64,000 bases of DNA from Chrysomallon squamiferum (GCA_012295275.1 CM022669.1:11346001-11410000); one strand, 5' to 3'. Positions 38,560-51,835 are shown, numbered from the stretch's first letter. Notes: generated by a model from the sequence alone, not told the origin. Translations and numbers: made by a program.

Positions 38560-39483
38560 GAATACAAGGATATTGCTGATATATTTATATGTAGATGCTA
38601 ATATTACTGATATATGTCTATATATAAAATAGCTAATATTGTTTGTATATTCGTATGTAAAAATAATGAATGCTTCTGACTTCTTCATAAGTTAAAGTCA
38701 TGAATATTTATTTTCTCTTTACGTGAAAACTGTTTATATCTCTGTATGTAAAAGTGATTAATGTTGCCGGTATCTTCATATGTAAAAGTGATAAGCAAAT
38801 AGTCGTCATTTTTACATATATTAAAGGCAGTATTTTATTGGCATTACTTTACATGTAAAAGCGATTAATACTGCTTATATCTTTATGTGTAAAACTGAAG
38901 AATATTGCCTGTGTCTGTGATGGATTTTGCTCGGATTCTTTATGTGTAGAAAACTGATGAATACTGCTTATATCTTTATATGTAAAACTGAAGAATAGAG
39001 TTTACATCTTTTTATGTATAGCTGATAAACACTGGTTAAATCTTTATATGTAAAAGTAATACAACTTATATTTTTATATGTAAAATTGATGAATATTGCT
39101 TGTGTCTTTATATGTAAAAATGATGAATATTGCTTGTGTCTTTATATGTAAAAATGATGAATATTGCTTGTGTCTTTATATGTAAAAATGATGAATATTG
39201 CTTGTGTCTTTATATGTAAAAATGATGAATATTGCTTGTGTCTTTACATGTAAAAATGATGAATATTGCTTGTGTCTTTATATGCAAAAGTAATACTACT
39301 TATATATGTAAAAATGATGAATATTGCTTGTGTCTTTGTATGTAAAAATGATGAATATTGCTTGTGTCTTTGTATGTAAAAATGATGAATATTGCTTGTG
39401 TCTTTGTATGTAAAAATGATGAATATTGCTTGTGTCTTTGTATGTAAAAATGATGACTATTGCTTGTGTCTTTGTATGTAAAG
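38560..39483. repeat. 34-bp minisatellite (TATGTAAAAATGATGAATATTGCTTGTGTCTTT[A/G]); decayed 38560-39075, homogeneous 39076-39483
   Basis: TATGTAAAAA at 39111 and 39145 etc.; decayed units keep ATGTAAAA...AATA[T/C]TGC. Confidence 0.95.
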
Positions 39484-39937
39484 TACTGACTGGACACACC
39501 AGGTGCTACTATTGAGATTAATGGGACAAACTGAATAAGTTTAAATCCAAATAAACAGCAGCGTCATGGCCACATCGCAAAATTCTCCTCAGCGTAAAAC
39601 TTTGATTTGCCAGCTGCAAATTTGTATGGATAATTTTCCCTAAGTCAAATGATTTCCCTTGACTATAGATTTGAAATTAAGTTTCAACCATTGCATTCCT
39701 AATACTAGTCTGTTCCTTTTTTTCTTCTTTTTTTTTTTGTTAAATTTTATTGTGTCTCCTGAATAAATACATTTCAAAATATAGAAATTTTTAAAGTGCA
39801 TTAAGTCTATACAACTTAGTACATCCTTCATAAATGATAAAGTTGTGCATTTTGTTTGTTGTGGCATAAATATACATATTTACATATACACACATGTATA
39901 TTTTTCACTTTATCCTCAACAAGAATAATCAACAGAC

Positions 39938-39977
<40 letters not shown>

Positions 39978-40682
39978 TGTTTCTGTTTTTTCTACTATAA
40001 ATTAATTTTTAATTTAGTACCTCCCTAATACATCATGTTTTATTACATTTTGTATCATTCTTGCAATAATATATCACTGTAAGAACTCAGTATATTTCTA
40101 GTAAATAATAATTTAACTTTATTTTAACTCTTTCTATAATAAAGACAAATCTTTTTTTCACAATTTTTCTAATAAGTTATGGTTCTGTGGGGGTTTTGTA
40201 GTTTTTGATTTTTAATTATTTGTGTCATTTATTATAATTCATATTATTTCTATTTGTACACTGATATTTCAGGACACACACACACACATATATATATGTA
40301 TGTATGTATCTGTATGGGTAGGTATATACATATATGTATTTTGTCAATATCTGTTGTTACATATTTCAGAATAAAACCTATAACCTCTTTACCTTGGTTT
40401 ACCTTGAATGAAAAACACATAATTTTTTTTTTGAGTAATTAACATTTTTTGTGTGTTGACTTACCCTGTTATCTAATTGGTAAAACTGATAAAACAAATT
40501 CTGCAGAATTTGGCCACGCACTTGGTAAATACCACTGAAGACATTTTTTTTTTTTTTTCGATGGGACAGTTTCAGAAGATTTTATGTCAAAGGAGAATAA
40601 ATGATTTCACTTTGTTAAATGACAATACAAAAAAAAAAAAAATGTTTTGTTAAATAATAGATTATTATTGTTGTTGTTGTTT

Positions 40683-40726
<44 letters not shown>

Positions 40727-40927
40727 GACATTTTGTTTTAATATAAAATAAAAGTAATATATGTCCAATGTCTTTTTTTCTTTTGACTGTTTCTATTTAA
40801 TGTCACAAATGCAAAACATATAATACCTCTGTTTAATTGTGACTTTATATGCCTGTATTTTTTTATATGTTACTGTGCGTATGTCAAATATCTCTGTATG
40901 TTTTTAAGTTTGTATGATTCATTATGA

Positions 40928-40967
<40 letters not shown>

Positions 40968-41411
40968 ATCTGTCTGTATATATGTCATGATTTAACATGC
41001 ATTTTTTTATCACAATTTCTACTAAATAAAACATTTTCAAATTTCTTAGACACCCAGTTACAGATAAATTGCAATCTGAAGATAAAAAATAATAAATATT
41101 CTTTATTCTGAGTGCTAGTTGTTTTTCCGAATGTTTCAGCCTCAAGCATTTGGCTGTAGACATTATTCCGTTCATTATTAAGACAGGAAACTCATACCGA
41201 TGCAACAAATTTCTCTGGGGAATTTCTTTCACATTTGCATCTCTGTCTACCTCCCTCCCAGTGAAGTCCATTCACCAGACCAAGACCAGATTATCAGAAC
41301 CGTGCATCGGAAGTTTCGTGGTTACGTTACACGCTTAGAATTATTTTGTTCAGTTTGATAGAGAAGTCCTGGTATTTGTAATGGGATAAATATTGTATTT
41401 GTGTTTGTATC

Positions 41412-41414
<3 letters not shown>

Positions 41415-41492
<78 letters not shown>

Positions 41493-41548
41493 ATGTGTGT
41501 GTGTCTGAGTGTGTGTGTGTGCATGTGCGTGCGTGTGTGTGTGTGAGT
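41415..41548. repeat. (TG)n microsatellite
   Basis: Direct reading. Confidence 0.97.
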
Positions 41549-42119
41549 GTCAGACTGCATATGTCTGTAAGTGTGATTCATATAACAGTAAAGGAAAAAA
41601 AAATTGAAGATGACCAAAATGTTTAGAAACATTATAGCATTTGATTACGTTATAAGTTCAGAACTGTTTTAGCGAATACCTCTTTAATTTCCCATTCTGC
41701 TCATACAAATATGATTACAGATTATTATTTCAGAACTGTTCAGAGAATATTTCCTTTAATTTCCCATTCCGACTGTCTCTATGACTACAAATAGAATTAA
41801 GCGGGCAGACTTGCGAGAGTCAAGTGAGAGGGTTCAGCTGTACTGAAGTATTTTTAATCTGTTTAAATAAGAAGCAATATCTGCCATTGTTTAGTGTGTG
41901 GTTGTGCAAACAGGACAACCCAGACCACTCAGAAAACAATTTACAACACTCCAGATGAAGTCAGTTCAAAGAAATGCTGTTTGGCCATCTTGTTACCCTG
42001 CTGCATGTTTGACGGGTGTGTTGTTTTTGTCACCTGACAGCGTTCCTGTGTTTTCATTTGGTTTAGACTTGTGGATTTTCACAATTTACTGAAGTTTGCA
42101 CAGGTAATGCTGCTGGGAT

Positions 42120-42345
42120 TAGAACAACACCTGTACTCCAGGTAATGCAAATGGCCGATGTGATACACAAAATACCATCCACTTGATGAAAGTAACAATG
42201 TCATACACAACCTACCTTCCCAGTGATCAAAACAACCACGAGATATACAACTTATCTTCCAGGTGATGAAAACAACCATATCATATACAACTTATCTTCC
42301 AGGTGACAAAATTAGCCATGTGATACAAATGATACTTCACAGGAA
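42120..42345. repeat. Degenerate 40-bp tandem repeat (ACAACTTATCTTCCAGGTGATGAAAACAACCATATCATAT), ~5-6 copies
   Basis: ACAAC...CTTCC at 42207, 42247 and 42287 (40-bp period). Confidence 0.85.
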
Positions 42346-43269
42346 GAGAAATAGAATGACCCTGTGATATAAAAATGTGATCAACAAAGTTTGATGTGAC
42401 GAGTTGTCACTTAAACAAAAGCTTCAACATAGACTTGTTAGCTGGTTCTTCACAGATCACACCCACGACAGATGTGCATGAACCTCATACCTAATTCACT
42501 CTATCCAGTTCACTGAAAATGTTAACATATAAAGCTATCCATTATGAGTTTACCACTTTAAATTTCAATGAAAGAACAGAAACAAAACATTTATCAATAA
42601 TTAATTTAAGAACTACTGATACTTTTATGATAAATTTCATTATCATTGTCATTACCATAATAATCTCAATATCCAATGTTCATATTATAACTGTTTCTAA
42701 TTACTACCACTAATGCTATTATCATTACATTATCAATATCATTATGATAATATTTTTTAATATCCAGTCTTAATATTATTATTACTGTAAATAACATTAC
42801 TATTACCGCTATTGCCACTAACACTATCATCATGATTTTTTGTTATAATTACTAGCACAATTGTGATATACAATGTTCAGATTATTATTATTACTATAAA
42901 TCATATTGTCATTATCACTCTTGGCCACTTTGAATCCCTGTTCATTAAGTAAACACAATTAAATCGGCAGTTCAGTGTTGTCACAACACATTCCTTGATC
43001 CCTCAATACACGACTGGCAAATATGTCTTATTATTAAGCTATATTCCAAACAGGCAATACTTCTAGTTTATCCATGGGGGAAATAGTTCCATCAGCCAGA
43101 GCTTTGTAGAGTAAATATTTGTATTTCTCCTTATGATCAATAGTTATGAATATAAAGCAATCGGAATGTAGTGTGTGGCTTGGCAGTGGTTGTTAGAGCT
43201 AGAAGTAGGGACAGGAGGCACAAATACAAGATATGCTGTGGTTGTACTTAAAGTGTTTGTGAATGCCAG

Positions 43270-43965
43270 TTATGTTGTAGAGAAAAAGTTATTAAAACAG
43301 GATATGTTATTGTTGTAGAGAAAGAGTTATTAAAACAGGATATGTTTGTAGAGAAAGAGTTATTAATACAGGATATGTTATAGTTGTAGAGAAAGAGTTA
43401 TTAAAACAGGATAGGTTATTGTTGTAGAGAAAGAGTTATTAATACAGGATATGTTATTGTTGTTTTAGAGAAAGAGTTATTAATACAGGATATGTTACAG
43501 TAGTAGAGAAAGAGTTATTAATACAGGATATGTTACAGTTGTAGAGAAAGAGTTATTAATACAGGATATGTTACAGTTGTAGAGAAAGAGTTATTAATAC
43601 AGGATATGTTACAGTTGTAGAGAAAGAGTTATTAATACAGGATATGTTACAGTTGTAGAGAAAGAGTTATTAATACAGGATATGTTACAGTTGTAGAGAA
43701 AGAGTTATTAATACAGGATATGTTATTGTTGTAGAGAAAGAGTTATTAATACAGGATATGTCAGTTGAACATAAAATGTTATGAATACCAGAAATGTTAG
43801 ATTTGTAAAAAAGAATTGTTAATACCAGATATGTCATATAAAGAGTTATGAATACCACACATATTGGAGCTGTATAGAAAGACCTATGAATACCACATGT
43901 GGTATAGATATAGATAAAAGAGTTATTGATACCAGAAACACTATGGCTGTAGAGAAAGGCTATGA
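43270..43965. repeat. 38-bp minisatellite (TGTAGAGAAAGAGTTATTAATACAGGATATGTTACAGT); homogeneous to ~43760, then decayed
   Basis: ACAGGATATG at 43561 and 43599 etc. Confidence 0.97.
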
Positions 43966-44129
43966 AAATCTTTATAGTAAATTGTGTATGATTAACTGTA
44001 AAGCTACTAATAATATTACTGTTACTGAATTTGTATGTATTGTATGAAGACTACAGCAACAATAAGCAGCATAATTAGCACATAAGCACGCACACAAACA
44101 CACCCATACACACAGACGAACGCACACAT

Positions 44130-44640
44130 ATGTCCACTGTTGTAAAATTGTAATTAAAGTTGATATAACTGCTAGTAATTACAATAAAATTAACGTGTCT
44201 CGTTTATCTATCAACTTCTATAAACAAGATTCACAAAATCACATATGTCGCTAATTATTATTTTTTTTATTATTTGCTAACTAACGAGACCTGATGTTTA
44301 ATTAATTGTACGACATTGTGTTTTCATTCGTTATTACCGTACAGCCATTAAACAGCGTACTAAACCAAGCATTTCATATTTATTGTGCTGATTTTATGGA
44401 GAACTGCGAGCTAACACAATTAATAGACATTGTTGTGTGATGGGATCAAGCATGCAGTGATTTAAGTTCAAATATAATTAAACATATGTGTGTGTGAGAG
44501 TGTAATTAACGTCCTGTTTCAGAGCTTGTCTCACCCAGTTCTTTAAGAATTCATTCCAATAAAAGAATCGGTTCCAATTAATGTCAACAAATTAAAGTCA
44601 CCTGTTTGAATTAATTGTGATCATTAATATGCACCTGCAA
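44130..44640. promoter_or_regulatory. Homeodomain/Sox motif-dense island, candidate enhancer
   Basis: Six TAATTA plus TTTTATGG, CCAATAAA and CATTGT in ~500 bp, with retained CpGs; function is inferred. Confidence 0.3.
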
Positions 44641-44862
44641 GTAGGATTATTTTAATATTGTACGTGTGTAATTATTTTAATATCGGATATGTAATTATTT
44701 TACTATTTTATGGATGATTATTTCATTACTGTATGTTTAATTATTCTAATACTGTATGTATAATTATTTTACTATTTAAGAGTGTTTAGTGCATGTTTAA
44801 TCATTTCAGTACTGTATGTGTAATTATTTTAATTCTGTAGGTGCAATTATTTTAATATCGTC
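44640..44862. repeat. Degenerate ~23-bp tandem repeat (TAATTATTTTAATACTGTATGTG)
   Basis: ATTATTTTA[A/C]TA-like motif recurs about every 21-25 bp. Confidence 0.75.
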
Positions 44863-45094
44863 CCACTTTCAGTGAACTGAGGCTGTTATCTAAGTCTAGT
44901 CACACAGCTTTGATGGTGGCCCCCTGTTCACTGTGTCATGGGAAAATCACAATTTTTCATAGTTCAAATATGAATGGAGGCTGAGATGTAGCATAAATAG
45001 TTCTAACAGCTTATCTGTGTGTTGTAAACAATTAGCAGTCTGGTGAACATAATATGACAGGTTTTTTTAACATTTGTGCCAGCCTAAATGTCTC

Positions 45095-45272
<178 letters not shown>

Positions 45273-46684
45273 TGTGGATTGGTTGATGTGATTGTATGTG
45301 TAAATGTGTAAAGATGTTTAAAATTGCTGTTATCCACTGATGTGAATAAGTGAGTGAAAAAGCGTGTGAAAGTGTAAATCTTGTGTCAAGTGATCTGAAA
45401 ATGTGCAAGCATATAAATTTTACACACCTGTCAAAATACATAATCCATGTGAATGTAGCTATGTATGAATGAATGTAAGCTAATATTATTGTGGAATTTC
45501 TGTTGAATACAATCTCAAAAGCAGATAACCACAGATAAATGTATAAATTTAATTCACATAATGTGAGAGTAGAATTATCTTATCATATAGGTATCACTAT
45601 TTCCGACATCATTTTCTTACATTTTGGATCAACAATGAAACCTATTTCATCCTCACGTCTATACTTATTTAATTCTGTTAGTAACCAAGCTTTTTCAAGC
45701 CTGTCTCATTATAATGCAATTTTCTCGAGAGAAAAAATCATAACATTTCTTTCCAGTATATACACTTCTGTGTATTGCAATAACATCCCAATGCAGTTCA
45801 TTATTAAAACAACAAAACACATAACTTCTTGCACCTTCGCCAGGCGCATACAGCAGGTAGTGTATATCTGGTGGATTATTATCAAGTTACTTTAATGGAT
45901 TATTATCAAGTTACCTTTTACTGCAGAGAGGATTTCTGCTAAATCAGAAGTTAAGAGATACAGTGTGATATTTAGAGACCTGAGTATTTACATTTATCAA
46001 GTAGATATATTGATAGCTTCTTTTGTTCTGGATTTTTCTTTTATGTTTTGATTTTTGGGTTGTTTTTTTTTTTTTTTTTTTTTTTTTTCATATTTTTCTT
46101 TCTTTCTTTCTTTTCTTGCCACCATTTTATCCTCATCAAAAAAATTCTTTCTTGTCCTGAACATTGGTCCTCCTTTGATCTAAAGACACCACAAAAGAAA
46201 AATAAACTTCATCCATTAGAAAAAATGAAAAACAGGGGTTCTGACAAGACCCAGCCATTCTCACATTTACAGGGATTAAACCCCCTTTTTGTCATCACAG
46301 TTGAACAATTACCCTACATTTTCATCATTTTTTAATAATCACCAGTTATTCTTCAAGTCTGAACACATCATCTGAAATACCACACCCACTCAGTTCACAA
46401 TTAACATAAATTTACACACTATTACTAAAGACCTTTTTATTTTTTTTTTTACCTTACCATGATCACCCAATGTTTTTTTTTTTTTTTTTTTTTCTTTTTT
46501 TTCTTTAGCCAAATGTTACAAGTTGACAGCAAGGGTGTTATGTTACAATGGTTCTGGAAATTTCTGTTACATTAACACACAGTCATGCGGAACTCAGGAC
46601 AAAAGTCTTTTTTTGTCGTTACAGTATTAAGTGGGACCCCGTTATTGTTAACGGTTAATTCATGTAGAGTGTGGAGAAATACAG

Positions 46685-46847
46685 GCCAGGTAGCCTGATA
46701 CAGGTAGCCTGTCTCATACAGGTAGCCTGTCTCATACAGGTAGCCTGTCTCATACAGGTAGGCTGTCTGATACAGGTAGCCTGTCTCATACAGGTAGCCT
46801 GTCTGATACAGGTAGCCTGTCTCATACAGGTAGCCTGTCTCATACTG
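46685..46847. repeat. 18-bp minisatellite (TACAGGTAGCCTGTCT[C/G]A), 9 copies, each with an internal ACAGG/CCTGT inverted repeat
   Basis: CAGGTAG at 46687, 46701, 46719, 46737, 46755, 46773, 46791, 46809 and 46827. Confidence 0.97.
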
Positions 46848-46902
46848 GTCATGCATGTCTGTGTACACAGAGAGAGAGGTGTTTACTATGCTCATAAAAT
46901 AG

Positions 46903-46933
<31 letters not shown>

Positions 46934-47027
46934 TGTTTGAGCCTTATTTGTGATAGCTTGGTCATGAACCATTCAGATATTTTATATTATGTATTATAAT
47001 AGGAACAAACAAGAGAAAAGGAGAGAT

Positions 47028-47063
<36 letters not shown>

Positions 47064-47135
47064 AATAATAATATTAATAATAATGATAAATAATAAATAA
47101 ATAAACAATATGTATATGTGTGTGTGTATGTGTGT

Positions 47136-47175
<40 letters not shown>

Positions 47176-47455
47176 AAAGTTATAAGTCTGGGATTGGGAA
47201 GTGAAAATTAATAAGGTTAGAATGTAAGTAATAAGTCTGGCAATAGGAAATGTCTGAGGTTGGGGTATGTAAATAAGAAGCCTAACTTATTTGATTTTTA
47301 CTGGTATTGTCACTGAAATATTCACTGTAATTTTTAAACAGCTTCCTGCTGTACTGCATGAAATAATAAAAGATTATCTAATAATAATAATAATAACAAG
47401 AACAAAAATAATAATAACAATGATAATAATAACACTAATAACAATAATAATAATA

Positions 47456-47489
<34 letters not shown>

Positions 47490-47644
47490 TAAATAAAAAT
47501 TTCTAGTTACAACCTGGTAAAATAGTAAGTGAACCATTTTTAGTCTGGTGGTCAGTTTGTTGATTTTTATTTTACCTGTGAATTAGGTGGACACTAACAT
47601 CCAGGTGTTACCACCACCTACACAATTAAATGAGTGGACACTCG

Positions 47645-47766
47645 TCAACATCAAACAGGTACATCTCAACATCAAACAGGTATATATCAAACATACAGGT
47701 AAGTCTCAAATTAATACAGGTGTATCTGAAATACGCAGGTAAAACTCAAATTAATACAGGTGTATT
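47645..47766. repeat. Degenerate ~20-bp tandem repeat centred on CAGGT[A/G]
   Basis: CAGGT at 47656, 47677, 47696, 47717, 47736 and 47757. Confidence 0.85.
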
Positions 47767-47971
47767 GGGTATCTTATCAAGGTGAGCAGACCACCAAGAG
47801 AGAATCCGATGATCTGTGTGCTAATCCCAGAGAGCAGAGAGCAGCTCACAGGAAGTCTGCTCACTTTGTGTGTCACTGTGAAGTGTCACAGTGCAGGATA
47901 AGGTGAGATGTCAGAAAAAAAAAGGATGTTTTACATTTACACCTGAGCACACCTGGATTAATGTCACCTGT

Positions 47972-48060
47972 ACTGATAACAGTGGTTAAGTCAAAGGCTT
48001 TAGGACTGGTAAGACACCTGGGTTAAATGCTTGTCATGGCCTCTGTATGAAATTTAATGG
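47972..48060 (+). mobile_element. Decayed tRNA-like SINE head fragment
   Basis: A-box-like CAGTGGTTAAG (47980-47990) and B-box-like GGGTTAAATGC (48020-48030) at tRNA-like spacing; no intact cloverleaf. Confidence 0.4.
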
Positions 48061-49709
48061 AAATGGAAATATAAGATTCATTATGCCCCCTTTTATTAAT
48101 TTTTTTTAATCAATCATTTAATATATTAACTTTGTTATAAACAGGAAAAAAATAAAATGACTGTATCTTCTGAATGTTTCCATGATATAAACTTCATCCT
48201 TCTTAACAAAATAATTAATATAAAAAAATATATATCTGGATTATGATGTTTTTAGTAAACATTCAGAAACCATCAAGAGTTGAAGGTTGAGGTTAACTGT
48301 GTAGCAAAATGTTTTACAACTACACACAAAGACCAAAATGAATGATTTTTTTTTATATATATTTTTTGTTTTCAATATACAAAACCCTTTGATGACCACA
48401 GGGGGATATGATGAATAGTTCAACATCCATCCATGACTGAAATACGTTTGTAACGTAAACACAGCCACATTGTTGTGATCTTTGCGAGTAAAATGCTGGA
48501 GATGTGATGGTATTTGTGTACCAGTGTTAAGCTGGTCTGGCTTTGTTAAGGAAAATTCCTGTAATGAGTAAGTTTTGGAGGGCAAGCTGCAGGGGTCTCT
48601 CTACTGCATTAGTCTGGTTTCTCAGATGTCTGGGGAAACCGGCCTTCCTCCTGGCAAACAGGGAAATAGCGAAGGATTTCTGGTATTTGTGAACATGTAA
48701 AATATTGACGATGATGATGATGATGGTGATGGTGGTGATGGTGATGGTGATGATGATGATTATGATAATGATGATGGTGATAATAGTGGTGCTGGTATTA
48801 CAACTGTTGATTGTGATGATGATGATGATGCTGGTTTGATGATTGTAACAGCTATATTAATGATGATATATACAAAATGATAATAACAGTAAACAAAAGA
48901 GCAACAGGAACTGCAAAAACGAAAATGAATGAATAAGTCAAACAAATAACACAAACAATATAAACTATATAGTAATATTAATAACATCAAATGATGAATA
49001 ACAACAATAATAACAAAAACAACATCAAAAAATAACAACAACAGCAATTATAATAACAAAACAATAAATGTTTTAAAATATAATACTAGTAATAATAATA
49101 ATAATAAAAAAAAATAATAATAATAATAATAATAATAATGACGACAATGATGATGATGATGATAACAACAGCAGCAGCATTGACAATAACAACATCAATA
49201 TAACACTATCCTGATGACAAATTGCAGATGTTTTCAAAAAATCCAGGTGCACAGACACAAAAGACACCAGTTTCAGAAAAACAATTTTATATTCATACTG
49301 GAAATGTCAAAGTAATTTATTAACTTCCATTCTTTCATACTGCATCCCACAGACTGAAATCAGTTTATTTATACAAATGCACACAAATGGCATTCATCTC
49401 CGGCTACATTGATACTTTGAATAAGAGATATTTTTAGTCATAGAATATTTCATGTCCCCATGTTGGTTTCCATCAGTCTTGAAGTGTTTCTGGTGCACAC
49501 TTTTCTATTTTTAATCTTTTCTTTTCTTTATCTTCACCTCTAGAGAGCATTTATTATTTTATCTTCTGCAATGGAGAGTTTTGTGACTCGCGAATAGTGC
49601 CAGATATGCAAATATTGCCAAATTTTTAAAATGAACCGTATGCTTTTGTGAATGTTTTTTTTTAGCAATAAATTTGCACAGTTTTTAATGATTATAACTG
49701 TATAAAGAG

Positions 49710-50010
49710 TGTGTTTATTTGTGTGTATGTATGTATGTGTGTGTGTACATGTATATGTGTAAATGTGTATGTAAATATATATGTTTGTAAGTAGGTGTCT
49801 GTGGTTATGTCAGTGTGTGTGTTTGTGTTTGAGATAATATAGGGACATGGGTTATTGTTTTGATAGATATATTTTGACATATATACAAACATTTATAAAA
49901 GCAATATATGTGTGTGTATGTGTGTGAATGTATGTGTATGTGTGTGTATGAGTGTGTGTATGTGTGTCTATGTGTATTTGTGTGTATGTGTGTGCATGTT
50001 TGTGTATATA

Positions 50011-50045
<35 letters not shown>

Positions 50046-50137
50046 GGTATTTATGTGTGTTTGAATATATTTATAAGTGTGTGTGTATGTGTGTGTATGT
50101 GTATTTGTGTGTATGTGTGTGTATGTATGTGTATATA

Positions 50138-50168
<31 letters not shown>

Positions 50169-50209
50169 GGTGTTTTTGTGTGTTTGAATACATGTACAAC
50201 TGTGTGTGT

Positions 50210-50246
<37 letters not shown>
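49710..50246. repeat. TG/TA-rich compound microsatellite with an internal duplication (TATATGGT...TGTGTGTTTGAATA twice)
   Basis: Direct reading at ~50041 and ~50164. Confidence 0.93.
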
Positions 50247-50247
<1 letters not shown>

Positions 50248-51614
50248 TTGTGAACACATTTGCTAATTACCATTGATATAAACCATCATTAGATTAATGA
50301 ATTATTAAATGCCCCATATTCAGCAAGTCGGAAAGTCCGTGTAACAATGTGTTTATTTGTGTTCTTTGCTATCAGCCGCGATAGAAAAACAAAACAAAAG
50401 AAAAAGCGTCAGGTATAAATATTAAATGAGATGGGCACTCTCATAATACCAAATGTTTCCAGCTGAATGACATAAGTTCACAATGCGATACAGAAATTCC
50501 AATCAAGTGATTCTGTTGTGTGTCTGTGCAGGTGTTTGTTGTGGATTTCAAAGAAAAATGCAATTAATTGTTGTGTCTTTAATGCACACACACACATATA
50601 TTAGTTAATAAATAATAGATTACTTGTTTATTCACTTCTCAAAGCTTTTTGTTCCTGAACATTTGACTGGACTGGTTGTGATGTGTTGTCTCTGTGTTTG
50701 TTTTGTGTGTGTATTCATTCAGGTATGCATACATTCATAATGGAAGAATATAAAACAAAAAGAAATATAGTTTCATAAACACAATTATTCTTCACACACA
50801 TGGACACACATACACTTATGCACTTACATAAACATATACACATACAGACACACACACATAAACATACACATAGATACACAAACACTCATAGTAAATGGCT
50901 ATTGAATTAATTCAGATATATAATTACTAATTCTTCAGAATGCATCTATTTTGAAATAACTCAAGCATATATATATAATGCTTTTTGGGTTTCTATTTAA
51001 ATTTTAAAATTTTCAACTGTTCAAAATCATATATTAATACTCATTTCCCTAGAATTTTAGACAACAATTTTTTTTTATTATTCAAATATATTTCCACAAC
51101 CAATATATAAGTAACTTTCTTTTAACTCATATCTGATAAAATAATAAAATATTTAAAAACACCCATGTGAAAAAAAAAAACATTAGTTTTTTTTTTCTTC
51201 TTCTTGTTAATTATTTCTAAATGTTTCAAAACACTTTGTAACAATTTCTACATAGATTTTTTTTTTTTTTTTTTAACAGCATCCAGCCAATGAATGCTTT
51301 ACCACCTCTTGTAATACTATTTTGAAAAAAAACAAAACAAAAAAACATTTTGAAATTATTGCCATATGCTGGTTTTGATAGGAGGCTGTTTAAAACAGTT
51401 CTCTGATGCAGACACACATTTCTGTTTCCCGATGTTTAACCTGCAGAGTGGTGTGAACAGAGATCCTGTGGTCTCATGTTGTTTTTTCCCCATCTCTTTG
51501 GGTTTGTGTTTCCCTATGTCAACACCATTACATATCAAAGATTAACTCACGAGCAGATAACTCTAATCAGCTGTCTGCCATTCATAATACTGACTGATGG
51601 GAAGTGAAGGACAT

Positions 51615-51835
51615 TGTTGATGTTATTGCTGTTATTGCTGTCATTTTTGTTATTTTTGTTGTTTTGGTTTTTTTTTTTTGATGTTATTGTTGTTATTATT
51701 GTTTTTATTGCTTTTATTGTTATTATTGTTGTTTTTGTTATTATTATTGTTGTTATTATTTTTATTGTTTTTATTGTTATTGTTATTGTTGCAGTTATTA
51801 TCATTGTTGTTGTTGTTATTATTATATTTTTATTT
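51615..51835. repeat. (TTG/TTA)n trinucleotide low-complexity tract
   Basis: Direct reading. Confidence 0.93.

Noticed and set aside
40870-41338. Overlapping ORFs on both strands in a unique island
   Set aside because: No recognisable domain or consistent splice-site pair; the longer ORF runs into a (TA)n tract.
10412-44876. 15-nt exact match CCCACTTTCAGTGAA at 10412 and 44862
   Set aside because: No flanking similarity; isolated matches of this length can occur by chance in 64 kb of biased sequence.
44975-45040. GGCTGAGATGTAGCA resembling a SINE/tRNA 5' end
   Set aside because: No recognisable complete A-box, B-box or core downstream.
45981-46004. TGAGTATT (miR-12-like start); likewise TGGAAGACT at ~16170 (miR-7-like) and TGGCAGTG at 43181 (miR-34-like)
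   Set aside because: Seed-length matches only, with no full mature sequence or hairpin.
48612-48645. Hairpin CTGGTTTCTCAGATGTCTGGGGAAACCGG; also the 8-bp stem TTCCCTCA/TGAGGGAA at 27450-27475
   Set aside because: Too short for pre-miRNAs and lacking snoRNA, SECIS or histone stem-loop signatures.
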